Assembly (NCBI RefSeq): GCF_009914755.1
Contig: NC_060934.1
Reading direction: 5' to 3' (one strand)
Length of the DNA stretch: 64,000 nt
Origin: the human T2T-CHM13v2.0 reference genome, Homo sapiens
Under the pieces are notes generated by a model, which made no database searches, had not been told where the DNA came from, and worked only from the letters and a program-made list of their open reading frames with translations. Positions 15,536-30,718 of this stretch are shown here, in pieces. Position numbers and translations under genes: made by a program. Position 1 is the first letter of the stretch. Every line of letters starts with the position of its first letter.

Positions 15536-15819
15536 TTTATTATTATTATTATTATTATTATTGTTATTGTTATTATTTTTGAGACGGAGTCTTGCTCTGT
15601 CGCCCAGGTTGGAGTGCAGTGGCACAATCTCGGCTCGCTGCAAGCTCCGCCTCCTGGGTTCAAGCGATTCCCCTGACTCAGCCTCCTGAGTAGCTGTGAC
15701 TACAGGTACGTGCCCCCATGCCTGGCTAATTTTTTGTATTTTAGTAGAGACAGGGTTTCACCATGTTGGCCAAGATGGTCTCGATCTGACCTCGTGATCC
15801 ATCTGCCTTGGCCTCCCAA
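15536..15819 (-). mobile_element. AluSc-like, 5'-truncated, with (TTA)n tail
   Basis: gatggtctcgatct...acctcgtgatcc; TSD gcttttat on both sides. Confidence 0.92.
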
Positions 15820-17141
15820 GCTTTTATGAATTTTTAAAGGCTACAATATTTGCCTCTGACCATATGATGTTTACTGTTGAATTATGCCTTTTCTCTCCAT
15901 ATTTCACCAAAGATTTCACCTGTGTCTTCCCCATGTACTTCATCAATAGAAAACCAGAATAATATATGTATATAGATTCTACTCATGAATTAAGGGAAAT
16001 GTAAAAATTAGGCCAAATGAAAGTGCAGGTTATCAAGGGTGACCCTTTTATTGAAAAGTAAATTCAAGGTGATTAAAATAAAATCCTACCACATTTTCTG
16101 GACAAAGAAATAATAGACACCTTTAATTTTAGCAGCATTCAGAAGAACACTTTTAATTCTCATCAAAGTCCCTACCCTTTTCTCCCCAACACTTTGCACC
16201 TTAGAATTCTCATTTATAAACTTAAGAGAATTAAAGGAGAAACTAAGATCCTTCCTTTACTTAAATGTATGTAACTATAAATTTTTATATATCTTTAAAT
16301 TTATGCTTGTCTTAGTTGTCAGTTAAAAATAAAACATTAGCATACTAAAAAAAGACATTTAAAAACAATTATACTTACATCTAACCTGCTGTTTTTAATC
16401 ATCTCTTTCCTCACTCACATATCCCCTGATTTACAATTTTACTTAATTTCTTTTTTTAGCACCATTTTATTTATGTTTTGCAAGAATATGTATATATGAA
16501 GCTTAAAAATGCAGGTGTAAATTAATCTACTTAAGCATAATTTGGAATTTCTCATTATGGTGTTTCAAATCACTGTCAATTGGCATGGAAAAGAGTCTGC
16601 ATTTCAGAATATCATTTTGCTCTTAGCAATAAAGGAAAGGCACATACTATCGACTCTTAACTTGAATAAAATTTCCCTCAACAAAATTGAAACTTAAAAT
16701 GATGTGTTGTCTTTCTTATCTGACTTTTACAGATAAAGAAAACATGGCTAACAGAAGTGACTTGCCCAAAGTTACAGAGTTTTCTATTAGTAATTTCTAG
16801 ACTAGGACTCAAGTATCTCGATTCACTATATGGCAGGGTTATGATTATACAACACATCTACTTAATTTTAGAATGCCAACTGCAGGCATACGGTACGAAT
16901 ACATATACAAGAAATTTATGACAAAAATATAACCAATGAATTTTGAACATCTATCTCGATCTAGTGTGTGAAAAAAATTACTTTTTAAATTGTAGGGGTA
17001 ACAACACTTAATGCATGCTGGTCTTAAATACTTAGTGAAAATATTATCTAATTCTTTTACTTCTAGCTCCTTGACTAAATATGCGAATGTCCTAGCTACA
17101 AACTGACATCTGTAATTTGATTGGAATGACCGAATATAGAA

Positions 17142-17930
<789 letters not shown>

Positions 17931-18049
17931 GATGGTAGCATGTAACATCAGTCCACTCCTAGAGAAACATAACAGGTTCGATGCATTAAAGGTGACCCTA
18001 GGAACAACAGAAACCAATTGACTAGATTGAATCCACTCACTAACCCACA

Positions 18050-18850
18050 TTAAAGATCTGACAGAAGATGTGTGTCCATTTTTAGATGTAATCAAACCTT
18101 ATCTACCTGTTTTTCTATTCTTCTTCTCTACATGATAACTGACACTCAAAAATTATGAGAAACCCAAAAAGCAAGAAATAAACAAAATCTTGTGAAGAGA
18201 AAAAGTTATCAACAGAATCAGACTCAGAGTTAATACTGATATTGGAGCTATTATACAGGAATTGTCATACTAATATTTTAAAGGATTAACTGAAAAAATT
18301 AGCAATGTTTATGAACAGATGAGGAATTTGGGCAGAGAGATGGAAACTATTAAAGGTAGGTTACATACAAATTCTAGAAATTTAAAAAAAAAACACTATC
18401 AGAGGTAAAGAATGATAAACTGCCAGCAACAGTGGAAGCCAATAGGAATTGTGTACACAATTGTTTTGAAATTGAAATATTTATGTTTTGAAATTGATAT
18501 CTTTATGTTTCAATAAAGAGAAAAGAAAGTAAAACAGAGCATCCAAGAGCCCTAAGACAATATCAAACATTATTGCATAAGGGTAACTGGAGTTCTAGAA
18601 AGAGAAGTGAGAGAAAATGGGGCAAAATAAGTATTTGAGGAGATAATCATTGAGTTTTCAAAACGTAATAAAAGAGAAAGAAAAGGAAGAAAGGAGGGAA
18701 GGAAGGGAGGAAGGGGAGGGGAGGGCACGGAAGGGAAGGAAAGGGAAGGGAAGGAAAGGGAAAGGAGAGAGGGAAACAAAACCCACACATTTCAGGTAAA
18801 AGAACTCCAGGCAAAATGTAATAAAAAAAAATAAGAAAAAGAATAAAGGA
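18050..18850 (+). mobile_element. Old L1M ORF1-region fragment
   Basis: A-rich; agcatccaagagc...gtaactggagttctagaa...aaataagtatttgaggagataat. Confidence 0.55.
18670..18775 (+). repeat. (GGAA/GGGA)n polypurine low-complexity tract
   Basis: About 105 nt, almost entirely purines. Confidence 0.9.
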
Positions 18851-18854
18851 AACT

Positions 18855-19640
18855 GCTCTAAGTCTTGGAGTTGAGATGCTTTATTCTCAGCATTCTCGTC
18901 AATCATCCTCATGGAAACCAGGGTCTTCATTGTATGTGTCTTAGGTGAGATACGGTGTCCTGCCCCTTAGCAGATGATAATAGACCTCTTGGGCCTAAGA
19001 GGTTTTCCTGTGTCTTGCCTATAGGCAGGCAGTTTCACTTCTACCTCTCTTTCAGAAGCAGTAGCTCTTTTCTTGAGCTCTGAGGACCCAGTGTTTCCTG
19101 CTTTTCCTCCAACAGTTGAAGCCTTTCTGTCATTTGAAAGAAGAGTTTCTGGATGTGGGCAGTGTATTTTTCTGGTCCCTAGGGGCAATCAACAATCTTA
19201 CACATACCTGTGCCTGCAAGCAAAACTGTCTCTTGTCTCTCGTCTTTCCCCCAATCTCTCTCATAAGCACCCAGTAGAAGCCCTTGGAAAAGAGCTTGCA
19301 AGCAACTGTGAACTCCTTTTGTATCTGTGGATTACAAAGTTTCTTCTAAAATGACATATTGGTCCAATTTTAGCTTTTAATAATTTGTTGTCATTTTAGC
19401 TGATTTAATTTTTGCTTGCCTATGTGGCAGCCACCTCTTCCACACCGCCAAATGTGAAACAGTTTGCAAGTCTCCACCTCTTCTTGGAGATACTTGTCAC
19501 TCTAGAATTCTGTTCACTTAGTAAACATAAAACCTTGGCTCTATAACAGACCCAAGAACATTTATGATTTTGTATATTTTCCAATTTTTACTTGTTTAGG
19601 GTAAAAACAGTATTCACTTGCAGCTTTCTACATCCTAAAT
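18855..19640 (-). mobile_element. Old L1M(D/C) 5'-region fragment
   Basis: Ends ...ttatgattttgtatattttcc...gcagctttctacatcctaaatggaagcagaa, typical of an antisense L1M 5' end. Confidence 0.5.
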
Positions 19641-21414
19641 GGAAGCAGAATTCACCACTTGAACTTTAAAGAATAATATAGGCTTATTTCCTAGAATACT
19701 AGGATACTGCATACCCAGGTACTGCATCTCTTTTCATGTCGCTTTGAAAAGGGAGCTTCTTTTACACATTCCTACTCAGGTTCCCTCATCTATACAGAAA
19801 AGTGTTTGAGGGTGATATGCTTTAAGCTTATCCAGCACTTTTTGATATTTACCTCCCACTGGAAAATAAGGCAGTGAAGTTGTATGAATATGTGTATGTA
19901 TGTGTGTGTGAGTGTGTGTGAGTTAGAACAGAAAAAAATATAGTAGGAAAAAGATGACATGTACTTTTGGAATGGAGTAAAGTATGAGAAATTGAACAAC
20001 TCTCATTTTAAATAGGAGAGGGAGTAACACTTAGCAGCAGTGTGTGAAGTAGAGGAAGAACTATAATGATATTCCGGATAATTCTGACCCTAAGACCTGG
20101 CAAACTCACTTAATTTCTATATTGCAACATCTGCATCTACTTGTTTTTCAGGGTTTGTATAATAATCGTGTAGGCTAGTATTTTAGTCTTCGTTATGTCT
20201 TCTCCCTGTGGTAAGAGCACTATTAATGAAATAGTATGTGCTCTAAAACTGTCAGTAAATTGGTTGAAAACCCCTGAGAAAGTTATTCTAAACAAGCGGT
20301 GAAAAATGTGTTTTTAAATTCAATTTTATGTTTAAGTGTGAATTATTTATAAATTACTGAAGATGTTAAAGCTATTTATTGGAATAAAATTCATTTATAT
20401 CTGTAAGAAAACTTATTGCTGATCCCATTTGCACTTAGGATCAAAGAAGAAATATAATGTAAGATAAAAATAAAGTCGTTATTTATGCTGTGCAATTGAA
20501 ACTTTGTAATCTTCAAAATAATTCCGTTCTCTGTTCTGCTTGTTTTCCATTGTGTGTAATATTATTTTAATTTATCCTTTCTACCAAGTGTCTAAAAGGC
20601 AGGGAAAATAAAGATATTAGTTTATCTACCACTGAATCATTATCAAAAACATCAAATAAAATGTGATATAAATAAGACACAGTTTAAACTGACATGCTAA
20701 AATTTTATTTAATCGGTTGATGACCTATTTAATTCCTCCATGGAAATTAAGACTTTTATTTAGTTGTGTGGTGGGGAGAGGATGAGACAGTCTCTTCTCT
20801 TAGAAATAAAACTCAAACTTGAAGGATATGAGAAACCTGAGATGCTAGATTGCTACAAATTTCACAGTGACTGTTGCTAAGTATTAAAGTAAGAATTTTG
20901 GTGAAACTTGCTTCAGGAGAGGGAGCAGATTAAAATCTATCTGGCTCAGAAGGCCAGGAATCGCCTCTGCTCTAAGCCCACAAGGTCTCCCACTCCTCCC
21001 ACTGCTACTTTGATGGGAAGATAGGTTAAAATCTTCTGTCCCTCAAAAAAGGGGGAAAATCTCCTGGTCCCAGAATTTGCTCCAATATGAAATAGAGATC
21101 TGCTATGATTTTGCACGGTACAGGAAACCTTTTCCCACCCCAAACTCACCATAGACATAATGGATTGTTTGTTTGGTTTCCAAATAAGGAGCATGGCAGG
21201 AATTCAGAGAATTTCCAAAACCCAAGGCCTGGACCAGGAAATGTGAGAACCTGTTTGATCTCATCATGATCAAGAAACAAAGAGGCTCCAGCTCAGGGAG
21301 AGGCAACAGTGTGGAGAAACCCTTCTGTGACTAGTGTAGGCATCAGGGACTCCTGAAAACTAAAAGTGGAGTAGAAAGACAAAATTTTTGATGCACCCAG
21401 CCACCATACTAAGT

Positions 21415-23370
21415 TCAAGGTAATAGAAGAACATACAGATCAATGGAAAGTCTAGCAAGCCAAGAAATAGACCCACACAAGTTTAGTATAATGTAGATGC
21501 ATTGAAAATGTATTGGAGAGGAGATAATCTTTTCAATAAGTGGTACAGAAACAATTGAATGTCCCTATGCAAAATAAGATCTTTGACACAGGATTCACAT
21601 ATATAAATCATATAAATGTTAACATAAAATGGATCATAGGCCTAAATATAAATGGTAAAACTGTAAAACTCCTTGGGGAATATATAATGGAAAATCTGTG
21701 TGACCCTGGAAATGGGAATTTTGTATAAAACAAAGTCATAATATAATGGAAAAAATAATAAAATGAACTTTATCAAAACTAAACACTTTTGCTCTGCAAA
21801 ACACACTATTAAATAAATGAAAAAAAGACCAAAAACTGAAAGAAAATATTTTTAATTAAAACTCAAGTGTAAGAAAACCAACAATCAAATACAAACAGGC
21901 AAAATATCTGTATAGACACTAAACCAAACAATATATATGGATGACATATAAGCACACAAAAAGATGTTCAGCGTTATCACTAAATAACTACTAGAGTCCC
22001 CAAAATTTTAAAAGATGGAAAATGCCAAATTCTAGCAAGGATAAGGAATAAATGAAACTCTCATTTATTGCTAGTGGGGATGGTAAATGGTATAATCACT
22101 TTGAAAAGCAGTGTGACTTACTGTTACTACACAACATAGCAGTCCCACTCTGAGGTATTTACTGAAATAAATGGAAAACTTTAGTCTACACAAAAATTTT
22201 TTATAGATATTTATGACAACTCTATTCATAATCACCCAAATCTGGGAACAACCAAAATTTCCCTCAACACATGAAAGGATAAACTGTGGTTTATCAATAC
22301 AGTGGAATGCTATTAAACAATTGAAAAAACAAAAACAAACAAACAAAAACTCAAACTGAAACAACAACAAAAGCCTGAAGAATTGAATCACTCAATTACA
22401 TGTATTAATCTTGAATGCATCTTGCTTAGTGAAAGAAGTCAAACCCAAAAGACAGCATGCTGTATTATTCCATTAATTAGCCATTCTGAGAAAGGCTAAT
22501 CTCTAAGGAAAAAAAAAAAAAAAAAAAAAAAACAGATCAGTGGTTTCCAGGAATTGGGATAAAGGAGAGGCACTGATTCTAAAGAAGCCAAAAAGGGTAC
22601 TTTATTTTATGGAGACAGTGTCTTGCTACTTTGCCTAGGTTGGCCTTGATCTCCTGGGCTCAAGTGGTCCTCCTGCCTCAACCTCTACAGTAGCTGGGTA
22701 ATGAAACTGTTCCCTATAGTATTGTGTTGGTGGATACCTTACTTTATGCATTTGTCAAAATCCATAAAATCAAACAAAACAGTTAACTTAGCTGTGTGAA
22801 AAATTTTAAAAAAGATCAACCCAGATTCCAAGTGATTACAGAATAAAATACAGAGTAAAAAAATGTGAATCTAATTGTATTGTAAATATGCGGCATAACC
22901 TTCCTGAAGAAAAGTCAAAGTTATTGACTTAAGTAATTTTCAAAAACAATGCTTTGACTTGATCGTATAAGGTGAAAGACCAACAAAAGCTACTCTGTTT
23001 TAACAGTGTATTCATATTACATTTATTTCTAACAATGATATGATTTCCCAATTTTGAAACTACTTTACGTGAATACTAGGACTGAATGTATAAGTAAATA
23101 AATTATACTTTGTGAGAGTTAGGTGTCTCAATGTCGCAGACAAAAGTTACAGATATGCAAGTAGACATGGGTGGTGGCTAGAATTAACCTTATGTGCTGG
23201 ATCAGAATTGAAGATATCAATATGGACTCATAAGTATCTTGATGTATACATGGTTAGATAGATAGATAGATAGAGAAGTATATAAAGATTTTGTGTATGC
23301 AAGTAACTTACATTCATATATTTCCTATTATATCCACGACAAAGTAATAGAAGCAGTGACTCTGGTAGAA
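21415..23370 (+). mobile_element. L1MC-type ORF2 3' end and 3' UTR
   Basis: agatcaatggaa...agaaatagacccacaca; ataaactgtggtttatc; cttagtgaaagaagtcaaacccaaaag; tgcatttgtcaaaatccata. Confidence 0.75.
22601..22698 (-). mobile_element. FLAM/Alu monomer fragment
   Basis: gagacagtgtcttgctac...ctcctgggctcaagtggtcctcctgcctc. Confidence 0.75.
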
Positions 23371-23753
23371 ACAAGAAACTGATAGGAGAAACATTAAAAA
23401 AAAACCATAAAAACAAAAAGTCCTATTGAGAGGATAAACTTAAGCCTAACCATATGAATTACTACATTGAATTAAAAAGTAGAGATTGTCAGATTAGATA
23501 AAAGCAAGACTCAACAATACAATGTATGTAAGAAACTCACATGCAGTTATTAAAACATATGTTACAAATGTTCAAAATGAGATTATATATTTGCTTGTAT
23601 ATGTATATAATGGATTCTAAAGAAGCCAGGAAATATTGTTAAAATAATTTTAACAATAGTCGATAAGACTACTATATCCAGTGTAGAGAACTGCATGTAT
23701 ACTTTGTACAAGAATACTTAGAGCAGCCTAAGTTTTAATATCAAAAAAGTGTA

Positions 23754-24053
<300 letters not shown>

Positions 24054-25491
24054 GTCTAAACAACCTAAAAAATTGTCAGGTAAATACAATAGACTAATAT
24101 ACTGGAGTAGCTTTACATAGTGGGATATTGTGCAGCAGTCAAAATGGTCTGACTTTCTTTCTTCTCACAAAATGATACTTTTTTTAGGGATCTCACTGCA
24201 AAATGTCTGATTATACTGTATTTTTGTGTAGAGTGTTTCTAAACTGTTATTTAACAATTACGTTATTTTAAAACCATTCTTAAATAGCTAGTGGCTAACA
24301 CAGAAAGTTAGCAATGCAGAAAAAAAGAAAGATGGAAAAACGTACTCATAATTTTCCTTCTTAACATCAACTGTTATGGCTATTTTCAGAATTTTAATTA
24401 CAGTTTAATTTCTATGTATTTTGTTATTATATAGCTGAGATTATTTATACATGTAATTATATCATTTTTGCTTTTAAATTCTGTGGAAATAATTCCCCAG
24501 AGTATAATAGAACTTTGCAAACATATTTTTTTGTGGTTGCAAAGTCTTTCATAACATTGAAAAATCATGCTTTATTTATCAATCCTTTATAATTGGATAT
24601 TTTGATTTTTTAAAATGTCACAATGATATATAATGCTATAAGGAACTTCTTTGAACATATACATATATCTCCTTTACAGTTTATCACCTTAGCACATGTT
24701 CCTATAAGAGTATTTATATTCTCAAAGCAATTGAAAGTTCTTGGTATTTTTCAAATTCGTTTTAGAGAACAGTTGCATCAATTTCTACCTTACCTACTGC
24801 TTTATGACAAGATCATATTGTTTTTTGGACCTTATTTATGTATGTTGGTGATTAAATTCTTTTAAAAAGACAGCATTTTTTGGTAAAATTTATTTATATA
24901 TAGAACATGAAAAATTAAGTATTGCAGCCAATACAAAGTTTAAAGAACCAAATGTTTTCTGTAAGTTGGAAATGGTTTTCCTTAATACCTAGAAGCAGCT
25001 GTAAACCACCTGAATTGTACTAATGAAATTTATGGAAGAGACAAACCGTGACTATACACCTCTTCATATTTTCAAATTGGCTGCACTAATCAAAAATTAG
25101 TATCTGGGTACAGAAATAAAACATTTATTTTGCTATGTTTTAGAGATAATTTTAACTTTCATATTTGTATTATGTTCAACAAGAAGCATTTCTTAACAAC
25201 AAACCTGCCTAAGTATTAAATTAAAAATTTGAAAAAGTAGCAAAGAATTCATTTGCAAAGGAATACTGAGAAGACTTATTCTAAGAGTATTTTTGGCACA
25301 GTGCAGAGAGTAGCTGATTGTTATCCATGCCCATTAATTATTAAACAACTGTTTTGAAATTATAATATCATATGATTTTTATTTTGAACAGATACTCAAT
25401 TATGGGTTAAAAACAATCTAACATGCAAGATTATCATTATTTTACTCTCATGTGAGTTATCTGATATCTTTCAAATTGTTTATTATAGGTA

Positions 25492-26575
25492 CAGTATTTC
25501 ATACCTTACTCAGTTTTACTTTCCATGGTTTCAGTTACCTGCAGTCAACTACGGCCTGAAAATATTAAATGAAAAATTCCACAAATAAAGAACCCATAAG
25601 TTTTAAATTGCACGGCATTCTGAGTAGCATGGTAAAAATCTTGCACCATCCTGCTACATCCCTCCCAAGATGTGAATCCTCCCCTTGTTTAGTGTGTCCC
25701 TGCTGTCTACATTACTGATCTGTTAGTCACATAATCACCCTCTTGATTGTCACATTCACTGTCCAGGATTTGCAGGGCTTGTGTGCAAGTTTATTTAATA
25801 TTACTTTACTTACTTTACCTAATAATAGGCCTGAAGTGCAAGAGTAGTGATGCTGGCAATTTAGATACGCCAAAAAATGTCAGAAAGTGATTTCTTTAAG
25901 TGAAAACGTGAACGTTCTTGATAAGGAAAGAAAAAAATTTTATGTTGAGGTTGCTAAGATCTATATTGGGAATGAATCTCCTATCCATGAAATTTTGAAG
26001 AAGGACAAAGAAATTTATGCTAGTTTTGCTGTCCAACCTCAAACTGCAAAACTCATGGCCACAATGCTTGATGGTGCTTAGTTAAGATGGAAAAGGCATT
26101 AAATATGTCCACGGAAGACATGAACAGAAACCATGTTCTGATTGACAATGTGTTGCACCAAAAAGCATTGAGCCTACACAAATACTTCAGCAAAGGATCC
26201 CTTGAAACAAGTGACACAAAATCATTTACTAAAAGTACAGGATGGTTGCCAGTTTATTTTGAAAATGAAGTAACTGAGATAAAAACAAATTGCCCACTGT
26301 GCCTATCTCTTACTCCTCCAACAAATTTAGGAATGAATTTGGGCTGAAAAATGTGAAAGTCACTGAAGAGTTTGTTTCTGTTGATGAAGGAGCTACTGTC
26401 ACATATGTAAAACGGAAGAAGATTTTAAGAGGGAGATAATAACTATATTCAAGTAACTTTGATTATGGTGTAATGTTATAACTTCTATTTTATCATTTGT
26501 TATGATTATTAATATCTTACTGTGTCTATTTTATAAAGTAAACTTTATCATAAGTATGTATGTATAAGGGAAAAC

Positions 26576-26611
<36 letters not shown>

Positions 26612-26687
26612 CAGTACTATCTGCAGTTCCAGGCATCCACTGGGGGTGGATATCCACATATCCTCTGTGGATAAGGTGAATCTACTG
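25492..26687 (+). mobile_element. Tigger4 (Zombi) DNA transposon, internally deleted
   Basis: TA-flanked cagta...ctactg termini; transposase N-terminal remnant in ORFs 25887-26347 (EVAKIY..NES.IHEILKK, LHQKALSL, GWL). Confidence 0.85.
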
Positions 26688-26707
26688 TACTTCATGACAG
26701 TTTTAGC

Positions 26708-27077
26708 TGTTTTCCTAGTCAATTTTCACTGCCATGACAAAGTACCATAGATTGGATGACTTAAACAGCAAACATTTTTTTTCTTACAGTTTGGGAGACT
26801 GAAAAGTCCCACATCACTGAACTGACCAACCTGAGGTCTGGTGAAGGCACCAATTTTGGTTTGCAAATGGCCACCGTCTGTAGTATCCTCACATGGCCAG
26901 AGCAGAGGGAGCAAGCTAGCTTCCATGTCTCTACCTATAAGACAACAATCCCATTCATGAAGCCTCTACATTCATGACTAACTACCTCTCAAAGGCCTCA
27001 CCTCTTAATACCATCACACTGGGGTTGGGATTTCAATATATAAATTCTGGGGAGACACAGATGTTCAATCCATAACA
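26708..27077 (-). mobile_element. MLT1A0-like MaLR LTR
   Basis: tcctcacatggccagag...aatcccattcatga...cttaataccatcacactgggg...ccataaca. Confidence 0.85.
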
Positions 27078-28190
27078 TGTATTTTAATAATAAAAATAGA
27101 TTTAATTTTTATTTCTACAAAATCTAGAAAGAGTCAATAGTTCTGGAAAAGATGGGTTATCTTTTTAAAGACAGTTAAAAAGACTGTCTTGTTTCCTAAA
27201 AGTTTAAAGGAGGGCTGATGTTTTTTAAAAAAAGCATTAGTATAAAAATAGATGAATTCATTATAAGGCTATTTTGTAATGAGCAATTTGAAAATGCTGT
27301 TTCTCATTGCCCAGGTCACAAAGCTCATTTTACCTGAATGAGAATTAAGTCAACTAGGAATTCTATTATTTCCACATAAAATAAGTTGAGGTAACTGAGG
27401 AATAATTTAAAATATTTAATTAACTTGTGATTAAAAGAATGTAGAGAATATTTTCATCAAGCATTTATAATAATTTCTGCCCTATGCAAAATACAGTACA
27501 ATAGTTTGAAATTGCATGTAAATTATGAAAATCATAATACCATGTAAACTGAAATTGATGAGATATTTCACTCTGATAAAATTTACAGCTATAAAAATAG
27601 ACAAAGGAAATATTTCACCACTTTCAGTGTGTGTGTGCATGTGTGTGAGAGGAGTAAGATACAGGTGCAGTGGACAATTTGTTTTATCTCTGTTACTTCA
27701 TTTTCAAAATATACTGGATGGACCTCATACTCTCTAGGTATTTTCACCTTATAAAATTGAGAGCTTCTGAGCTGTTCTTGTGATACCTCAGTAAATTTCA
27801 CTAAGTGAACATAGCTCTAATTAAAAGAGAGGTAATTAAGATCAAATTAGGATCATTTTCCCACTAAATTCCCCAAAGTCTTATTCCACATGACAGTAAT
27901 AAAACCGTTTTAAGAATATTGATTCCTCCTAATAGGAGGCTTTTTATATGTAAAAAAAGGTCATCTTGCCCTTAACTTCTTCTCTAAAATTTGTGTAGCT
28001 TTAAAGATGGTATTTTTGGACTAGAAACAGCCACAGCCTCCTCTGTACGCATATTCTGTCTAATTCAGAGGGAAAGGATAAGGGCAAGGGATGAACAATG
28101 GTTTCTGCAAGTAGGCTGTATCATAGAAGAGTACAGCATGACTTCAGTTTCATGTTGACTCTCATTTTGCTCTCTCTCTCTATATATATA

Positions 28191-30084
28191 TTTTTTTATT
28201 ATATTTTAAGTTCTAGGGTACATGTACACAATGTAAAGGTTTGTTACATATGTATACATGTGCCATATTGGTGTGCTGCACCCATTAACTCATCATTTAC
28301 ATTAGGTATATCTCCTAATGCTATCCCCCCGCCATTCCCTCACCCCGCAACAGGCCCTGGTGTGTGATGTTCCCCTTCCAGTGTCCAAGTATTCTCATTG
28401 TTCATTTCCCACCTATGAGTGAGAACATGTGGTGTTTGGTTTTTGTCCCTGTGATAGTTTGCAGAGAATGATGGTTTCCAGCTTCATCCACGTCCCTACA
28501 AAGGACATGAACTCATCCTTTTTATGGCTGCATAGTATTCTATGGTGTATATGTGCCACATTTTCTTAATCCAGTCTATTACTGATGGCCATTTGGGTTG
28601 GTTCCAACTGTTTGCTATTGTGAATAGTGCCACAGTAAACATATGTGTGCATGTGTCTTTATAGCAGCATGATTTATAATCCTTTGGGTATATACCCAGT
28701 AATGGGATGGCTGGGTCAAATGTATTTCTAGTTCTAGAACCTTGAGGAATCGCCACACTGTCTTCCACAATGGTTGAACCGGTTTACAGTCCCACCAACC
28801 GTGTAAAAGTGTTCCTATTTCTCCACATCCTCTCCAGCACCTGTTGTTTCCTGACTTTTTAATGATCACCATTCTAACTGGTGTGAGATGGTATCTCATT
28901 GTGGTTTTGATTTGCATTTCTCTGATGGCCAGTGATGATGAGCATTTTTTCATGTGTCTGTTGGCTGCATAAGTGTCTTCTTTTGAGAAGGGTCTGTTCC
29001 TATCCTTTGCCCACTTTTTGATGGGGTTGTTTTTTCTTGTAAATTTGTTGGAGTTCTTTGTAGATTCTGGACATTAGCCCTTTGTCAGATGAGTATATTG
29101 CAAAAATTTTCTCCCATTCTTTAGGTTGCCTGTTCACTCAGATGGTAGTTTCTTTTGCTGTGCAGAAGCTCTTTAGTTTAGTTAGACCCCATTTGTCAAT
29201 TCTGGCTTTTATTGCCATTGCTTTTGGTGTTTTAGACATGAAGACCTTGTCCATGCCTATGTCCTGAATGGTATTGCCTAGGTTTTCTTCTAGGGTTTTT
29301 ATGGTTTTAGGTCTAACATTTAAGTCTTTAATCCATCTTGAATTAATTTTTGTAAAAGGTGTAAGGAAGGGATCCAGTTTCAGCTTTCTATTTATGGCTA
29401 GCCAGTTTTCCCAGCACCATTTATTAAATAGGGAATCCTTTCCCCATTTCTTGTTTTTGACAGGTTTGTCAAAGATCAGATGGTTGTAGATGTGTGGTAT
29501 TATTTCTGAGGGCTCTGTTCTGTTCCATTGGTCTATATCTCTGTTTTGGTACCAGTACCATGCTGTTTTGGTTACTGTAGGCTTGTAGTATAGTTTGAAG
29601 TCAGGTAGCATGATGCCTCCAGCTTTGTTCTTTTGGCTTACGATTGTCTTGGCAATGTGGGCTATTTTTTGGTTCCATATGAACTTTAAAGTAGTTTTTT
29701 CCAATTCTGTGAAGAAAGTCATTGGTAGCTTGATAGGGATGGCATTAAATCTATAAATTACCTTGGGCAGTATGGCCATTTTCACGATATTGATTATTCC
29801 TACCCATGAGCATGGAATGTTCTTCCATTTGTTTGTATCCTCTTTTATTTTGTTGAACAGTGGTTTGTAGTTCTCCTTGAAGAGGTCCTTCACATCCCTT
29901 GTAAGTTGGATTCCTAGGTATTTTATTCTCTTTGAAGCATTTGTGAATGGGAGTTCACTCATGATTTGGCTCTCTGTTTGTCTCTTATTGGTGTATAAGA
30001 ATGCTTGTGATGTTTGCACACTGATTTTGTACCTTGAGACTTTGCTGAAGTTTCTTATCAGCTTAAGGAGATTTGGGGCTGAGA
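28191..30084 (-). mobile_element. 5'-truncated L1PA4/5-like LINE-1 (ORF2 3' part and 3' UTR)
   Basis: ORF2 translations 29138-30118, 28615-28953 and 28496-28768; older diagnostics ([15 protein letters not shown], cccattaact); TSD tgctctc..tata..tttt on both sides. Confidence 0.95.
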
Positions 30085-30177
30085 GGGTGCTCTCTATATA
30101 TTTTTTGATGCCACACATGAATTTATCCCCAGGTCAACTCCCGATAAAAATTTGGGAACATATAGTGGTTCCTCCCG

Positions 30178-30718
30178 TGTTAATCGACCAGAACAAGACG
30201 GATGGTCTTAACTCTCCCCTCACTTTGACTAAGTTTTAGACAGGTTTCTTCCTGATTATGGGCTGGCAATCTCCTTTTTCTTAGAACATTTACTTTAGAA
30301 AGCTTGCAATTGTAAATTATTTCTCTGTCCCTTTGAGATATAAATCTTCTCCTGCCTCCAACTAGTTTTATAACCCAGGAATATGTTTCTCAGCGACCTA
30401 GGAGCAATCCTTTGAAATGCAATCATCAAGAAAAATAGGGCTCCTATCTTCCAGTCTCTCTATGAGGGAAGGAGCTTAACTTATGTAAGCACCAACGTGA
30501 AAACACAGATGGCCTAATCACATTGACCAACATCTCCGTTAATATTCTTCAGTAATTTTTCACTCGATTATACAAGCATTTAAAAACTTTTCTGACTTTT
30601 ATGTCAGTGCAGTTGAGTTCAGTCTTTCTCAACTATTGAAATAGTCTTGATCCCTATTGCAATAGTCTTGAATAAAGTATTTCTTGCCTATTTCACTTGT
30701 TGAAATTTTTCTTGGACA
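30178..30718 (+). mobile_element. MER31-like ERV1 solo LTR
   Basis: ttgactaagttttagacaggtttcttcctga...cattgaccaa...ctattgcaatagtcttgaataaagt. Confidence 0.75.

Noticed and set aside
27925-27945. cctcct-aat-aggagg hairpin followed by a T-run, like a rho-independent terminator
   Set aside because: Mammalian DNA; a 6-bp stem is expected by chance.
30633-30672. Repeated ctattg(a/c)aatagtcttga in the MER31 LTR
   Set aside because: I recall this repeat being intrinsic to the MER31 consensus, so it is probably not locus-specific.
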